Shown here one piece after another: positions 36,073 to 48,150 of a stretch of 60,661 nucleotides of DNA (position 1 is the first letter of the stretch; every line of letters starts with the position of its first letter). The notes below the pieces were generated by a model, which had not been told where the DNA came from, ran no database searches, and saw nothing but the letters and a program-made list of their open reading frames with translations. The position numbers and the translations under genes were made by a program. Source of the DNA: Octopus bimaculoides. Taxonomy: Eukaryota. The stretch spans positions 3,540,614-3,601,274 of the forward strand of contig NC_068994.1 of the NCBI RefSeq assembly GCF_001194135.2, given 5' to 3'.

Positions 36073-37989
36073 TCAGACTTGGTTCTGTAAACCGGGACCT
36101 GGGTAGAGAGTCTGCCATAGCAGAGTACTCATCGGTGTGTACTCTTTGATGTTCTTGCATGAAGTTGGCTTCAAGAAATTGTTCCGGACAGGTTTATGTA
36201 TTCTTTTGTGATTTTGCATTTCTTCCATGGTGGCAAACTGCTTTGTACATATGTCACACTGTGGTGGTGGAGATGTACTCGTGGCATGTATCCTGTGATG
36301 CATCTGAAGTGCATCTCGCTGAGGGAATTGTTGCATACACATTTCGCAATTCAGCGGTTTGTCAGGAGATGCGTGTATCTTTTTATGTGCTTGCAGTTGG
36401 GGTTTCCGGACAAATTGTTCTCGACATATATCGCACTGAAACGGTTTCTCGCCCGTATGACTTCTTGTATGTATCTGCAGTTTGTCCTTCCTTGCAAATT
36501 GCTTCGGACAAATCTCACAGTGAAATGGTTTTTCGCCTGTGTGTATTCGTCTATGTATCTTCAAGTGATATCTTTGGGCAAATTTTTTTGAGCAAATTTC
36601 ACAATGGAAAGGTTTTTCATCGGTGTGAGTCCTTCGATGGATTTGCAAACGGTCTTTTCTTGCAAACTGTTTGGAGCAGATCTCACAATGAAAGGGTTTC
36701 TCTCCTGTGTGAGTCCTTTCATGAATTTGCAGTTTGTCTTTCTGAACAAACTGTTTCGGACAATAATTACACTGGAACAGTTTCTCACCTGTGTGTGTTC
36801 TTCTATGCAACTGCAGCTTGTCACCTCGAGAAAATTGTTTTGGACAAAATTCACAGTGAAAAGGCTTCTCTCCCGTATGTAGTCTCTCGTGGATCTTCAT
36901 TTTCCCCTTTTCGACAAACTGTTTTTCACAATATTTACACTGGTACGGCCTTTCGCCGGTGTGTGTACTTTTATGAATTTTCAGCTTGTCTTTACGGGAA
37001 AACTGCTTCGGACAAAATTCACAGTGGAAAGGTGTCTCACCTGTGTGAATTCTCTCATGTATCTGAAGCTTATCCCTATGAACAAACTGTTTTTCACAGT
37101 AATGGCAATGGAACAATTTCTCACCTGTATGTGTCCTTCTATGTAATTGTAGCTTGTCACCGCGGGAAAATTGTTTGGTGCAAAATTCACAGTGAAAAGG
37201 TGTCTCTCCGGTGTGGATTCTTTCATGGACTTTCAGCTTATCTCTCTGGACGAATCGTTTCTCACAGTAACTGCAATTGTATGGTCTAATTCCAGTGTGC
37301 GTGCTTCGGTGAATTTTCAGTTTGTCCTTACGAGAGAATTGCTTATTACAAAATTCACAATGAAAGGGTTTTTCTCCTGTGTGAATTCTTTCATGGATTT
37401 GCAGCTTATCTCTGTGGATAAACTGTTTTTCACAAAAGCTGCATTGGAACAATTTTTCACCAGTATGGATCCTCTGGTGCAACTGCAGTGTGTTTCGGCG
37501 AGCAAATTGTTTTGGGCAGGTGTCGCATTGGTACGGCTTCACAGGTGTCGAAGGGGGCTGTGGCTTCGGCACGTTGGCTACGACTGGCTTATTGTTTACG
37601 ATGGGCTGCATTTGGGGGGACTGTTTAGGGCACGGTGCAGCGGCAGCAGCTGCTGCTGCTGCCGCTGCCGCAGCACTCTGCGTTTGCTTCTCAATAGCAT
37701 GCATAGTTTCATATGTCTGGAAATAGCAGTTCTGTGGAAACTGGTTGCCATAGATGTGTCCATGAAATAACTTTTGATTTGTATGCATCAGCCCATGAGT
37801 CTGTAGGTAGTAGCTCTGGGCAAACTGGTTCACATACGTTTGGTTGGGAAATGTTTTTTCATTTACATCTTGCATTCGATGAGGCTGAAGGCTGTTGGGG
37901 GTTGTGGGAAACTGCTTCCGAGCAATATTCCCATGGACTGGTGGTTTTCCCTCCGAAGGGAGTTTCTCCATGTTCGCTTCAAAGTTCAT
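36073..37989 (-). CDS. C2H2 zinc-finger protein, 638 aa, 16 intact fingers plus three degenerate N-terminal fingers and poly-Ala(13)
   Basis: Long ORF with repeated C-x2-C-x12-H-x3-H and TGEKPF/TGETPF/TGEKLF linkers. Acceptor TTTATTATTTTAAG| lies 23 nt upstream of the ATG (38013). Confidence 0.97.
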   Translation of the reverse strand: MNFEANMEKLPSEGKPPVHGNIARKQFPTTPNSLQPHRMQDVNEKTFPNQTYVNQFAQSYYLQTHGLMHTNQKLFHGHIYGNQFPQNCYFQTYETMHAIEKQTQSAAAAAAAAAAAAAPCPKQSPQMQPIVNNKPVVANVPKPQPPSTPVKPYQCDTCPKQFARRNTLQLHQRIHTGEKLFQCSFCEKQFIHRDKLQIHERIHTGEKPFHCEFCNKQFSRKDKLKIHRSTHTGIRPYNCSYCEKRFVQRDKLKVHERIHTGETPFHCEFCTKQFSRGDKLQLHRRTHTGEKLFHCHYCEKQFVHRDKLQIHERIHTGETPFHCEFCPKQFSRKDKLKIHKSTHTGERPYQCKYCEKQFVEKGKMKIHERLHTGEKPFHCEFCPKQFSRGDKLQLHRRTHTGEKLFQCNYCPKQFVQKDKLQIHERTHTGEKPFHCEICSKQFARKDRLQIHRRTHTDEKPFHCEICSKKFAQRYHLKIHRRIHTGEKPFHCEICPKQFARKDKLQIHTRSHTGEKPFQCDICREQFVRKPQLQAHKKIHASPDKPLNCEMCMQQFPQRDALQMHHRIHATSTSPPPQCDICTKQFATMEEMQNHKRIHKPVRNNFLKPTSCKNIKEYTPMSTLLWQTLYPGPGLQNQV

Positions 37990-38754
37990 AGAGATTTCTT
38001 TAAGAGTCCTTCCTTAAAATAATAAAAAAGAGAACAAACACTATATTTATGAATATATATATATAAACTACACACTCACACACAGACAGAGCAGGCGAGC
38101 TAGAGAACGAAGTGTGTATGAATATAGGTATGTGTGTCGGTATGTCTATGTGTGCAGTCAATAATGTGTTTGCATCCAGTTAGTTGATATGTGGTCTTCT
38201 AGTCTGGACAGAGAGGAGTGTTTCTTCAATGGAGCCTTCTTTCTGCATTGTTTTTCGGTTTTTATCTGAAATATAAGAGAAAACAAGAAATTATTAAAGA
38301 TTAGCGTTTGGGAAAATGACAAAATGGATCAACATAATCGTCATCATAGACGGAAACTGAAAGAATCCCATTGTGTATATATATATGTTTGTGTGTCTGT
38401 GTTTGTCCCCCCACCATCGCTTGACAACCAATGTTGGTGTGTTTACGTCGCTGTAACTTAGCGGTTCAGCAAATGAGATAGGATAAGTACCAGGCTTACA
38501 AAGAATAAGTCCTGAGGTCGATTTGTTCGACTAAAGGTAGTGCTCCAGCATGGCCGCAATCAAAGACTGAAAGAGGTGAAAGAATATAGGAGACCCCCTT
38601 CGGTCATGAATGATCATGGGATTGCACATAGAAAGTCACCCTCTGAAGCACAAGTCCAGGCAAGGTTGTTTTTTTTATGGAAAGCCAGCAGTCATCCATG
38701 CATACCATCCTCCCCCTCTCCACACCACTTTTGTCATCCAAGGGAAAGGCAAAG

Positions 38755-38935
38755 GGGCCAATACAGCTTGGCACCAGTGATGTCGCAACTCATTTCTACA
38801 ACTGAGTTAACTGGAGCAAAGTGAAATAAAGTGTCTTGCTTTAAGAACACAACATGCAGCCCAGTCTGGGAATCAAACTCACAGCCTCACGATCGTAAGC
38901 TCGATGCTCTAACCACTGAGCCATGCAACTTCACT
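38755..38935 (-). mobile_element. SINE family E
   Basis: Reverse complement of GTTGCATGGCTCAGTGGTTAGAGCATCGAGCTTACGATCGTGAGGCTGTGAGTTTGATTCCC. Confidence 0.75.
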
Positions 38936-38943
38936 ATACATGC

Positions 38944-38976
<33 letters not shown>

Positions 38977-39142
38977 CACACACATAACACATCATGTAAC
39001 TAGATAGTGTAGGAAAAAAACGAGAAGAAATGTTTGGAGAGTTGAATTATTTTTAGACCCAATCTGCATACAAAGACAATTATAAAGTTTCTGTTAGAAC
39101 GGTTAATGTACATATAACTAATGTACGTTATTTGGCAATTCT

Positions 39143-39385
39143 TTCATCAGTTATTAAAGACCTGTAGGGACACCATATTTTGTTGTCATCATCATCATCA
39201 TCATCATCGTTTAACGTCCATTTTCCATGCTGGCATGGGTTGGACGGTTCGACTGGGGTCTGGGAAGCCAGGAGGCTGCACCAGGCTCCAGTCTGATCTG
39301 GCAGTGTTTCTACAGCTGAATGCCCTTCCTAACGCCAACCACTCCGAGAGTGTAGTAGGTGCTTTTTACGTGCCACTGGCATGGG
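39143..39385 (-). mobile_element. Family D retroposon
   Basis: (CAT)n CGTTTAACGTCCATTTTCCATGCTGGCATGGG...CCTTCCTAACGCCAACCACT. Confidence 0.8.
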
Positions 39386-40900
39386 AGTCACAACTACAAT
39401 TTCCATTAGCTGTAATATACTACAAAATCTATAAAACATTTTAACAAGTCAATACTGTGTTCTACTGTGGGTCGGATGGGTGTTGATGACAGAACAAAAA
39501 CTCCTGACATATGGCAGATACACTCATCACCCATTTTTCATTTTCGATCTCATTGTTGTTTACCCAAGGCATCTCAGATATGAAACATCGAAACATCATA
39601 ACAGAATCAGTGTCAGCTGTAATTTCTATAGAAAACCTGCAGAGATCTCTCATCAGTATTCCAGCAATTACAGCCAAGTTTATGATTTCCAACTTTTGGG
39701 CTTGTTTCTGATGTTTCCTTGCATTAAATATGCCAGCAGTGACTTAACTATTATTTTCCCATGCAGATAGCAACCAAGAGAATTTTAATTAATCTCTGAA
39801 TAGAGATTACAGAGGCTTTTACAATTATATTAATATCGCATCTATTCATAGTACCGGTTACCATGGTTATGTCACCACTGTGGTCATGTGACAGGGATGT
39901 TTACATAGAGCTTAGTGGTTATTTGTATAAAGATAACAAACAACTCAGTGTGTGTGTGTGAGGCCAACTTATGTGGACCTGCTACGGAAAGATGACATTC
40001 TACCACCAGGTGGCGCAGTTCAGGGTCACCAAAATGCAACAAGGCATTTGGGATTTTCATTTTAAAGGGGGGGAAATTCACAAAGAAATTCTATTTATAA
40101 ATGCTGCTCCCCCCCCCCCCCATCAAACACATAGACTGTTGCCTGGGACAACCTAGGTCAGACATATGCCTAAAGACATTCAAGATGTGACCATCCCTCT
40201 TATGAGAGACTACATTATTCAAAATGTCCCACTATCCCACAGTTTTTAAGACAGCAGGCTGAGTTGAGGCAGATTTGGCTGCAGTTTCTAGTAGGTTCAA
40301 TGACAGAGTAGAAGCTGTCTCATTGCTTTATTAATATCACAGAGTTACATGTTATGTCATACATAGACTGTATATAATTTTCTCTCTCTCTCCCTCCCTC
40401 TGTCATGGTTCCGGGTTCAGTCCCACCGCGTGGCACCTTGGGCAAGTGTCTTCTGCTATAGCCCCGAGCCGACCGAAGCTTTGTGATTGAATTTGGTAGG
40501 CGGAAGTTACTGCCGCATGTGTATATGTCTGTGTATGTGCTTGTGCCTCTCTCCCAGAGAGTGAGAGGGGGATATATATATATCTCCACACAGCCATGCC
40601 TGCACCTACCTCTGGTATTATTATAATGGAGATCAGTGAAACACTCAGCAATTCTACAGTGCTGATGTGACTACTTATAGAGGTGAAATAAAACACAAGG
40701 TGGTATCTATTTACAGCTGGGTGGGATGTGGTCCACAGACCATACTTTGGCCCCCTCAACATAGTAAGATGCTAGTAATAGGCTATGACCTTATGATTGA
40801 ATAAGTGAAATACAGCCAGTGAGTGTTTCTTATTGGCATAATGACCCTTCCAAGGTACAACATCTTCAAAAAATGTTGGATGCTGTTATTTATTGTGTAA

Positions 40901-41038
40901 TTAACGTTTAGCACACTATAGGCACATCATGTCACCATATGAGTTTTCTCTGCTCTCAACCAGACACAATGCCTCTGCAGGTTACAAGGGAGAAAACTCG
41001 TAAAACACCATGGTGCACCTAAGTGTGCTAAAGGTTAA
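40901..41038. mobile_element. TTAA-flanked MITE (piggyBac-type)
   Basis: TTAA-CGTTTAGCACACT...AGTGTGCTAAAGG-TTAA with inner inverted GAGTTTTCTC/GAGAAAACTC. Confidence 0.7.
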
Positions 41039-41593
41039 AACTGTGCAGTCGTTGTTCAAAATATCTTTCAACTGTTTTTCTCTCATCATCAAAACCTGAT
41101 TTTAAATGGCAAAGACACAGCCTTACTTATTATGCATACGTACCATCTCATATTTCAGTACACACACACATAATATATATATATGACAGAACTGATCCAG
41201 TTTGTGTGCTTTCTAAAATGTCAATTAACTGATTTTATTGGTGTCATCTGACTTGCTTGTTTATAGTCTTTAATCCACTCCAGGAACGAATTTTTATAAC
41301 TCACTATATTATACAGAACACACTCATATATATATATATATATATATCATCATCATCATCATCACCACTACCACTTAAAACCCACTTTTCCATAGCACAA
41401 GTCAGACAGAATTTCATACTGGTTCTGGTGCCACATAAAAAGCACTCATTGCACTCTGTAGAGTGGTTGGCATTAGGAAGGGCATCCAGCTGCAAAAACC
41501 TTGCCAAAACAGACAATGGAACCTGGTGGGGGTCCTGGCCTTGCCAGCTCTAGCCAAACCATCCAACCTATACCAATATGGAAAACAAATTTT

Positions 41594-42024
41594 GGTACTT
41601 TTTGATTATCTCACCCCCATTAAAATATTGGGTTATCTCCCCACTAAAAAATTGAGTTACTGTGGTGACAAGAGACTGAAGTAAAAGGGTTAGCTCCTTT
41701 TGATTCAATCCTTCAACACATTGTTGACGTTTGGCCCCCTAAATAGGCAGAGTAGGATTTGTTATAAAAATAATATCAGATTCAATACGATGTTTAATTT
41801 TTTCTGTTTTGTATGATTTGTTATAAAGATATTATGAGATTCAATATGATGTTTAATCTTTGCACTTTCCATGTTTATTAATTTTCTCATCTTTCATTTC
41901 TTTTATTGAAGCTTAAAAATTTCTTTTAGTTGAAGGAGATAACCAAAAGTACTGATATTACTCATGAAACGGTGGGGGGAGATAACCCAATTTTTTAAAG
42001 GGGGTTAGATAACCAAGAAGTACC
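41594..42024. mobile_element. MITE with about 55-bp TIRs, GG termini and 8-bp TSD (Merlin-type)
   Basis: Left GGTACTTTTTGATTATCTCACCCCCATTAAAATATTGGGTTATCTCCCC versus the reverse complement of the right end GGTACTTCTTGGTTATCTAACCCCCTTTAAAAAATTGGGTTATCTCCCC. Flanks CAAATTTT/CAGATGTT (6 of 8 match). Confidence 0.7.
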
Positions 42025-42714
42025 CAGATGTTTACACGTGCATGCACACGCACACACTCCCTTTTTGTTGCATGCCAGAAGGGGTCAGATGGGTACATAT
42101 TACAGAGGCATTGTTTGACAGCTGGATGCAGAATGTAAACAATCACACACACACACCCCATGCCATCTGATGATTACCATTGTGTTTACCATCGATTGTC
42201 TGGCCATAAGATTACTGTTTACAATCCCAGCTGGAGCAGTGTGTCTTGCTGTCCCTCCTTCAAACTGTGGAACAAGGTGGTTGTGTACACAGCTGGCACC
42301 ATCTGTCAGTCAGCAAAGTAGATTCAGTGAAGCATGGCCATGCATTAGACATACCAGACATAGTTTTCACTGGGAGGTTAGAGGTTAGAGAGAGAAAATT
42401 GACAGACAACCAATGGAGAAAGTTTTGAAAGTTCTAAACTATAGGATAGGTCTACATAGTGTGTGTGTGTGTGTGTAGGTGTACAAGTGTGAATGTGTGC
42501 GGGTAGGTACAGGTGCACAAGTGAGTATGTCAGTATAGTATTGCAAGTGTGTGTGTGTATGTGTGTGCGTGTATAGGTGTACAAGTGAGTGTGTGTCGGT
42601 GTAGGTGTGCAAGTGTGTGTTAGGCAGATGCCTTGTGAATAGCTTTATGATCACAAGAAAACTATTTTTTAACATCTTGAGGAGACCTATTGAGTCAAAT
42701 ACATCAACAGCAAT

Positions 42715-43091
42715 ATCAAAATCAAATCAAATGGAAATTGTAGTTGTGAGCCCCGTGCTGGTAGCACGTAAAAAGCACCATCCGNNNNNNNNNNAAAATC
42801 AAATCAAATGGAAATTGTAGTTGTGAGCCCCGTGCTGGTAGCACGTAAAAAGCACCATCCGATCGTGGTCGATGCCAGCTCCTCTGGCCCCTGTGCTGGT
42901 GGTACATAAAAAGCACCTACTACACTCTCAAAATGGTTGTCATTAGGAAGGGCATCCAGCTGTAGAAACACTGCCAGATCAGATTGGGGCCTGGTGCAGC
43001 CTCCTGGCTTCCCAGACCCCAGTCGAACCATCCAACCCATGCCAGTATGAAAAAATGGACGTTTATCGATGATGATGATGATGATGATGAT
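42715..43091 (+). mobile_element. Family D retroposon (with 10-N gap duplication)
   Basis: Same core and (GAT)n tail as the 11841 copy. Confidence 0.75.
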
Positions 43092-44844
43092 ATATACGCA
43101 TATATGCACACACAAAGTAAAGTAACACATGAAGGGCATGTCTTCATGCATTCCCTGTCAACAAGGCTGACCTCTGTCTAACCTTGACCTTTTACTAATT
43201 TACAACACCAACTTTCCTCCCTAAATTTTGAGCACACTTTCAGGCATACTCCTACTCCAGTGCCAAGGACACATATGAAACCTACTCTGACCACACCCAT
43301 CACCATCATCAGTTAATAAATAAATCACCAAGGTTAATTATGATTAATGTTGGTGATTCACTGGTTTATTAAGAAGTTGTGTCACAGTTTCTCAAGTATC
43401 ATGTACAGCATGCTTCCACAGCTGACATCAAATAGGAAGTTGTCATCATCATCATTATCATTTAACATCTGTTTTCCATGCTGGCATGGGTTGGACAGTT
43501 AGACAGAAAGGCAAGGCCAGGAGCCACACCAAGTCCTGTTCTGTTTTAGCATGGTTTCTATAGCTGGATACCCTTCATAACGCCAACCACTTTACAAGGT
43601 ACACCAGGTGCTTTTTATGTGGCACCAGCACTGATGGGGTTACCAAGTACCTTACAAAGCAAAATACCCTCAACTGAGAGTGGAGGGGAGTAGTATTGAA
43701 GCCCACTGTAAATATATCATCATCATCATCATCATATATGTGTACGTGTGTGTGCGTATTTGTATCATGTATGTCCCTCACCACTGAATGCCAATCGGTG
43801 TTGGTTTGTTCACATCCCTGTATGTACCGGGGTCGATCTGATCAAACCCTTCAAGGTGGTGCCCCAGCATGGTCACAGTCCAATGATTGAAACAAGTAAA
43901 AAATAAAAAAGGAAAGATATGTTCTGCATTGGAGTCCTTCCAAGTCAGACTTCACCCTTCGTCCTTCCAAACTTAATAAAACCAGAACCAGTTAGATACA
44001 AACATTTTTTTCATTTGACCCCACATTAAAATTCCTAGCATTTTTGTTTTGCATCCATTTTAGAAAACTTTTAACATTTGTAATACTTAGTTATGTCCCT
44101 TTATAGCCTGAGTTCAAATTCTGCTAAGATCAGTTTATGAACTTCCCATCTTTCTGGGGCTGATAAAATACAGGCAAGGTCGAGACCTGGCTTTAATCCC
44201 CATTTGGTGATGAGTAACTTCATTTACTACTAGAAGACTGTTATTATAGACCTTCCAGCTATGACCATCCCTTCTCTTAAAAGTATATAGGACTACATTG
44301 TCCAATGTGTCTTTTTTTTTTTACAATGATGGTAGAGTGTGATTCAAGGGAGATTTAGCTGCTTTATCTAGTAGGTCAAGTAGGCTCCTTAATTGGCTCC
44401 ACTTTCTTAATACACCAATTAAATACTAGGATTAAATTCCATTGATCGTTTCTTCCCTTTTGTCCCTAAGTTAGGGATCATCATTAGCACTGCCGTATCA
44501 CTGGATCTGTTGGGGGGGGGGGTCATACACACCACATATTTGACAGTAACTTGCAATAATTCTCTTCCCGTTTAACTCTTTGCATTTTCATAAGTTTGTC
44601 CCAAACGTCCATGCTTCTTTTCAGACTTTTAGCTAATCCTTATTCCATATGTCCCGACCTAAATGCAGAAGGCTTAGCCCCAACCAACAAAAATTAAGGA
44701 AACTGCGGCATTCATGGCTTTTCTCTAAATGCACCAGATACTGCACCAAGCCGCAGTTTAGTCCTAAACTGATGGTAATGGTAGGAAGAAATGGTATTCA
44801 GGACTAACCCCAAAGTACCACACACACACACTCGCAAGCAGTTC

Positions 44845-45182
44845 ATGATTTTGCGGTAAGAAGTTTGCTTTCCAACCACATGGTTCCAGGTTCAGTCCCA
44901 CTGCATAGCACCTTGGACAGTCAAAGCCTTGTGAGTGGATCTGGCAGACGGAAACTGAAAGAATCCTGTCACATGTGCCTGTGTTTGTCCCCCCCCCACT
45001 TGACAACAGGTGTCAGTGTGTTTCCATCCCCATTACTTAGTGGTTTGGCAACGAAGATCAATAGAATAAGTACCAGGCTTTATAAAATTAAATAATGGTG
45101 TTCATGTATTTGACTAAAAGTTCTTCAGGGTGGTGCCCCAGCATGGCCACAGTCTAATGACTGAAACGAGGAAAAGATAAAA
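44845..45182 (+). mobile_element. SINE family C, near full length
   Basis: Head GCGGTAAGAAGTTTGCTTTCCAACCACATGGTTCCAGGTTCAGTCCC; tail GGTGGTGCCCCAGCATGGCCACAGTCTAATGACTGAAAC. Confidence 0.8.
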
Positions 45183-45279
45183 TATGGGGTAGACTTGGTT
45201 TGTTTCACAGTGACTCCAGGTAAGGATAAAATAAGAGGTTGTGATGTTCATGCCACTCCCAAATACATTGAGAAATTTG

Positions 45280-46070
45280 AGCTGATGAGGGGAGCCCTTA
45301 TGTGGTTACTTGGTTCACTTGAAGGAGCAGTCAAAATCTCAGATCACACCCTACAATCATTGTAACAGTGCCACATACCTCTGAAAAGGGGTGGTCACAG
45401 TAGGAAGGTCTTCAATAACAATATTATGGAAGTGAAACCAGGTCTTGACCTTGCCTGACCTCTGACCCCACCACAGCAGGGAAGTGAGGGAATGTAGTCT
45501 ATAACTTCAACAGCCATATATATATATCACTGGGGATCAGCTGTGAAGTATTTCGTTAACTGTTTTAATAACATCAGATGAGTGGGAAAAATGAGAGTGT
45601 GTGGTATTCATGCATTTCTAGGGTGGGGGAAGAGAGATAGAAGTGAATAGAAACTAAACATTGTTGAACCAATGGGCTCCTAGAAATAGCAACCGAATTG
45701 CCCTCAGATCATACTTTACTGTCTTTAAAAAAGGAAGGACACATTGGATAACAATCCTAGACAACACAGAAATACGGAATGGCCACGGTTGGGATACCTT
45801 TGATCATTGACCTGCTCGTTCAGAGTTCACCTGCAACAAAAACTCGAACATACGAGCCGGTACCTGGTCCCTGAACCGGCTAGAAATAACAGCCAAATTT
45901 TCCTCCAGTTACATCTGACCGTCTTATATAAGAACACATTAGAAAATGAATTTCAGGCTACATTTGTATGTAAATAAAAAAAAAGGCGAGACTGTCACGA
46001 CTGGAATATCTTTTCATCATCGACCGATGATTCGATTATGGTTGACCTGGTGTCAAACAATAACAACAAT
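45280..46070 (+). repeat. Cluster of three element-F copies
   Basis: Units at about 45280-45470, 45670-45855 and 45860-46070 with CTAGAAATA(G/A)CA, AAGGACACATTGGATAA and GGTTGACCTGG...AAACAATAACAAC. Confidence 0.6.
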
Positions 46071-46660
46071 CGCTGCTTTGCCCCGATTCGTTCGGTCGAC
46101 TACCAACATGCCATAGGTGTCTGCTGTTCCACAGATGACCTATGGCTACAACAACAACATGAAACGTAAATGAAGAACACTGAAAGGTTATGTCTCCCAG
46201 AAAGTGGACAGTGAGCAAAGCTAAATCTAGGGAACTTATTGTCACAACCATGTTTCGCCTTTATAGCTATCGATTTGTCAGCTTATCTATCTACCTACCT
46301 ATCTATCTGTCCGTCTATTTCCCCACCTCTCTCTCTCTCTCTCTGTGTATCCATCCCTCTATCCCTCTTTCTTCTGTCAGTCTATCTGTTTATCTATTTA
46401 TGTCAATCTTTCTATCGGTCTATCATGTGAATTTACAGAATGTGTGTGTATATGTGCGTGTGCGTGTGTGTGTAGCTGAGATAGTTATCAAGTAGGACAC
46501 AGATAAAACATTAAGACAGCAGATATGTGTATGTAAAGAAGAGCATCTGATATTTAGATGGGGGTGGTGGGGGTAATACTTTTCATACTACTACTACTAC
46601 TACTTATACTATAATAATAGTAATAATAATAATAAATAACATTAATAATAACAAGGTATT

Positions 46661-46880
46661 TCTAATTTAGGCAGAAGACCAGCGATTTTGAAGGGAAGAT
46701 AGTGGTTAGTTCGTGCTATCGGTCCCAGTACTCGATTGAAACTGATTTTATCGGCCCTGGAAGGATGAAAGGCAAAGTTGACCTCGGCGGGATTTGAACG
46801 CAAACCGCACGGAGCCGGACGGCAGAAAGACCGCAAAACATTTCGTCCGAAGCTCTTTGACGATTCTACCAAATCACCAC
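46661..46880 (-). mobile_element. SINE family B
   Basis: GGATGAAAGGCAAAGTTGACCTCGGCGGGATTTGAAC core. Confidence 0.75.
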
Positions 46881-47280
46881 CGTTTATATAATAACAATAA
46901 TAATAATAATACGTTAAATAATATTAATAATAATAATAATAATAACAACAACAACAACGAAGTTCCAGAAATTCTGAGAGATGCCATAGAAAGGTCTAAG
47001 ATTTTCGTTTGCCCCCACCGCCAAGGTAAGCAAAGTGGTTTGTACTAGGAATCGAAACCCGGGTCGAGGATGGATGAGTTTTGTTGCTTATATTATGATG
47101 CCTGCCACCACAACCACCAGTAGTAGTAGTAGTAGTAGTACAACTAGTAATACCAACTATGTGTGTATACATTTATATATATACACATATATACATGTAT
47201 ACACACATATATGCACACACATATATACATATATATATGTGTGTGTGTGTGTATGTGTATATATATATATNNNNNNNNNN

Positions 47281-47323
<43 letters not shown>

Positions 47324-47589
47324 GAGTGAGCGATAGGGATGTACAGAATAAGGATGAGGTGCGTGATGAAGACGAAGAAAAGAATTGAGGAGAAAAAAAA
47401 TCGTTACGTACAACAGCAAGGTGTGAGGAGAGTCGCCATGTCACAGCTTTCGTTTCTGTTGGTGTGTTGGAGGGGAGGGGGGTTCGTGTGTGTGTTTGTG
47501 CATGTGTGTGTATGTGTATTTGTGTGTGTTGTGTGTGAGGAGGAAGGGGAGGATGTTTTAGAAAGAGATAGGAGTGGGAAGGAGGCTTA

Positions 47590-48150
47590 TGTATGTGTAG
47601 AGAGAGGGGGGAGTGTTTAGATAGAGAGAGAAAGGAATGTGCAGATAGAAACCACAGAGAGAGAGAGAGAGGGAGGGAGGGGCAGAGGTGTTAAGATAGA
47701 AAAGGATAAGTATGTTTCCAAAGAGAGAGGGGTGTTTGTTTAAAATAGAGAGGAAAGAAGATAAACAAACGCTGTTTCAGATAAAGAAAGAGTAAAAGAC
47801 AGAGAGAGAGGCGCTTAAACAGATAAGGGGAGTAAGTTTTTCGATAAAGAAAGGGTTGCAGACAGAGAGAGTGTTGTGGTAGGTAGACAATATATAGAGA
47901 GGGTGGCTTTTAGAGAAAGACAGGGTAGCAGGTAGTGAGTGAGTGAGTGTTAAATAGATAATACAGAGAGGGTATGTTGGAGAGAGAGAGTGGGAGAGGT
48001 GATATAGGGGGAGGAGATTTAAGATAAAGAGAGAGACTGCCAGATATAGAGAGGGTGTTAAATAGATAATAATAATAATAATAATACAAGGGGAGGATGG
48101 TTTAGATAAAAAGAGTGGTAGAGAGAGGTAGAACGATAGAATAGAGAGGG
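47590..48150. repeat. Purine-rich degenerate minisatellite
   Basis: The + strand is strongly G/A-biased with a recurring GAGAGGG..GTGTT(T/A)AGATA motif about every 40-50 bp. Confidence 0.7.

Noticed and set aside
36159-37770. Long + strand ORFs (376, 199 and 131 aa) opposite the ZNF
   Set aside because: These are antisense shadows of a repetitive C2H2 array with no independent domain signal.
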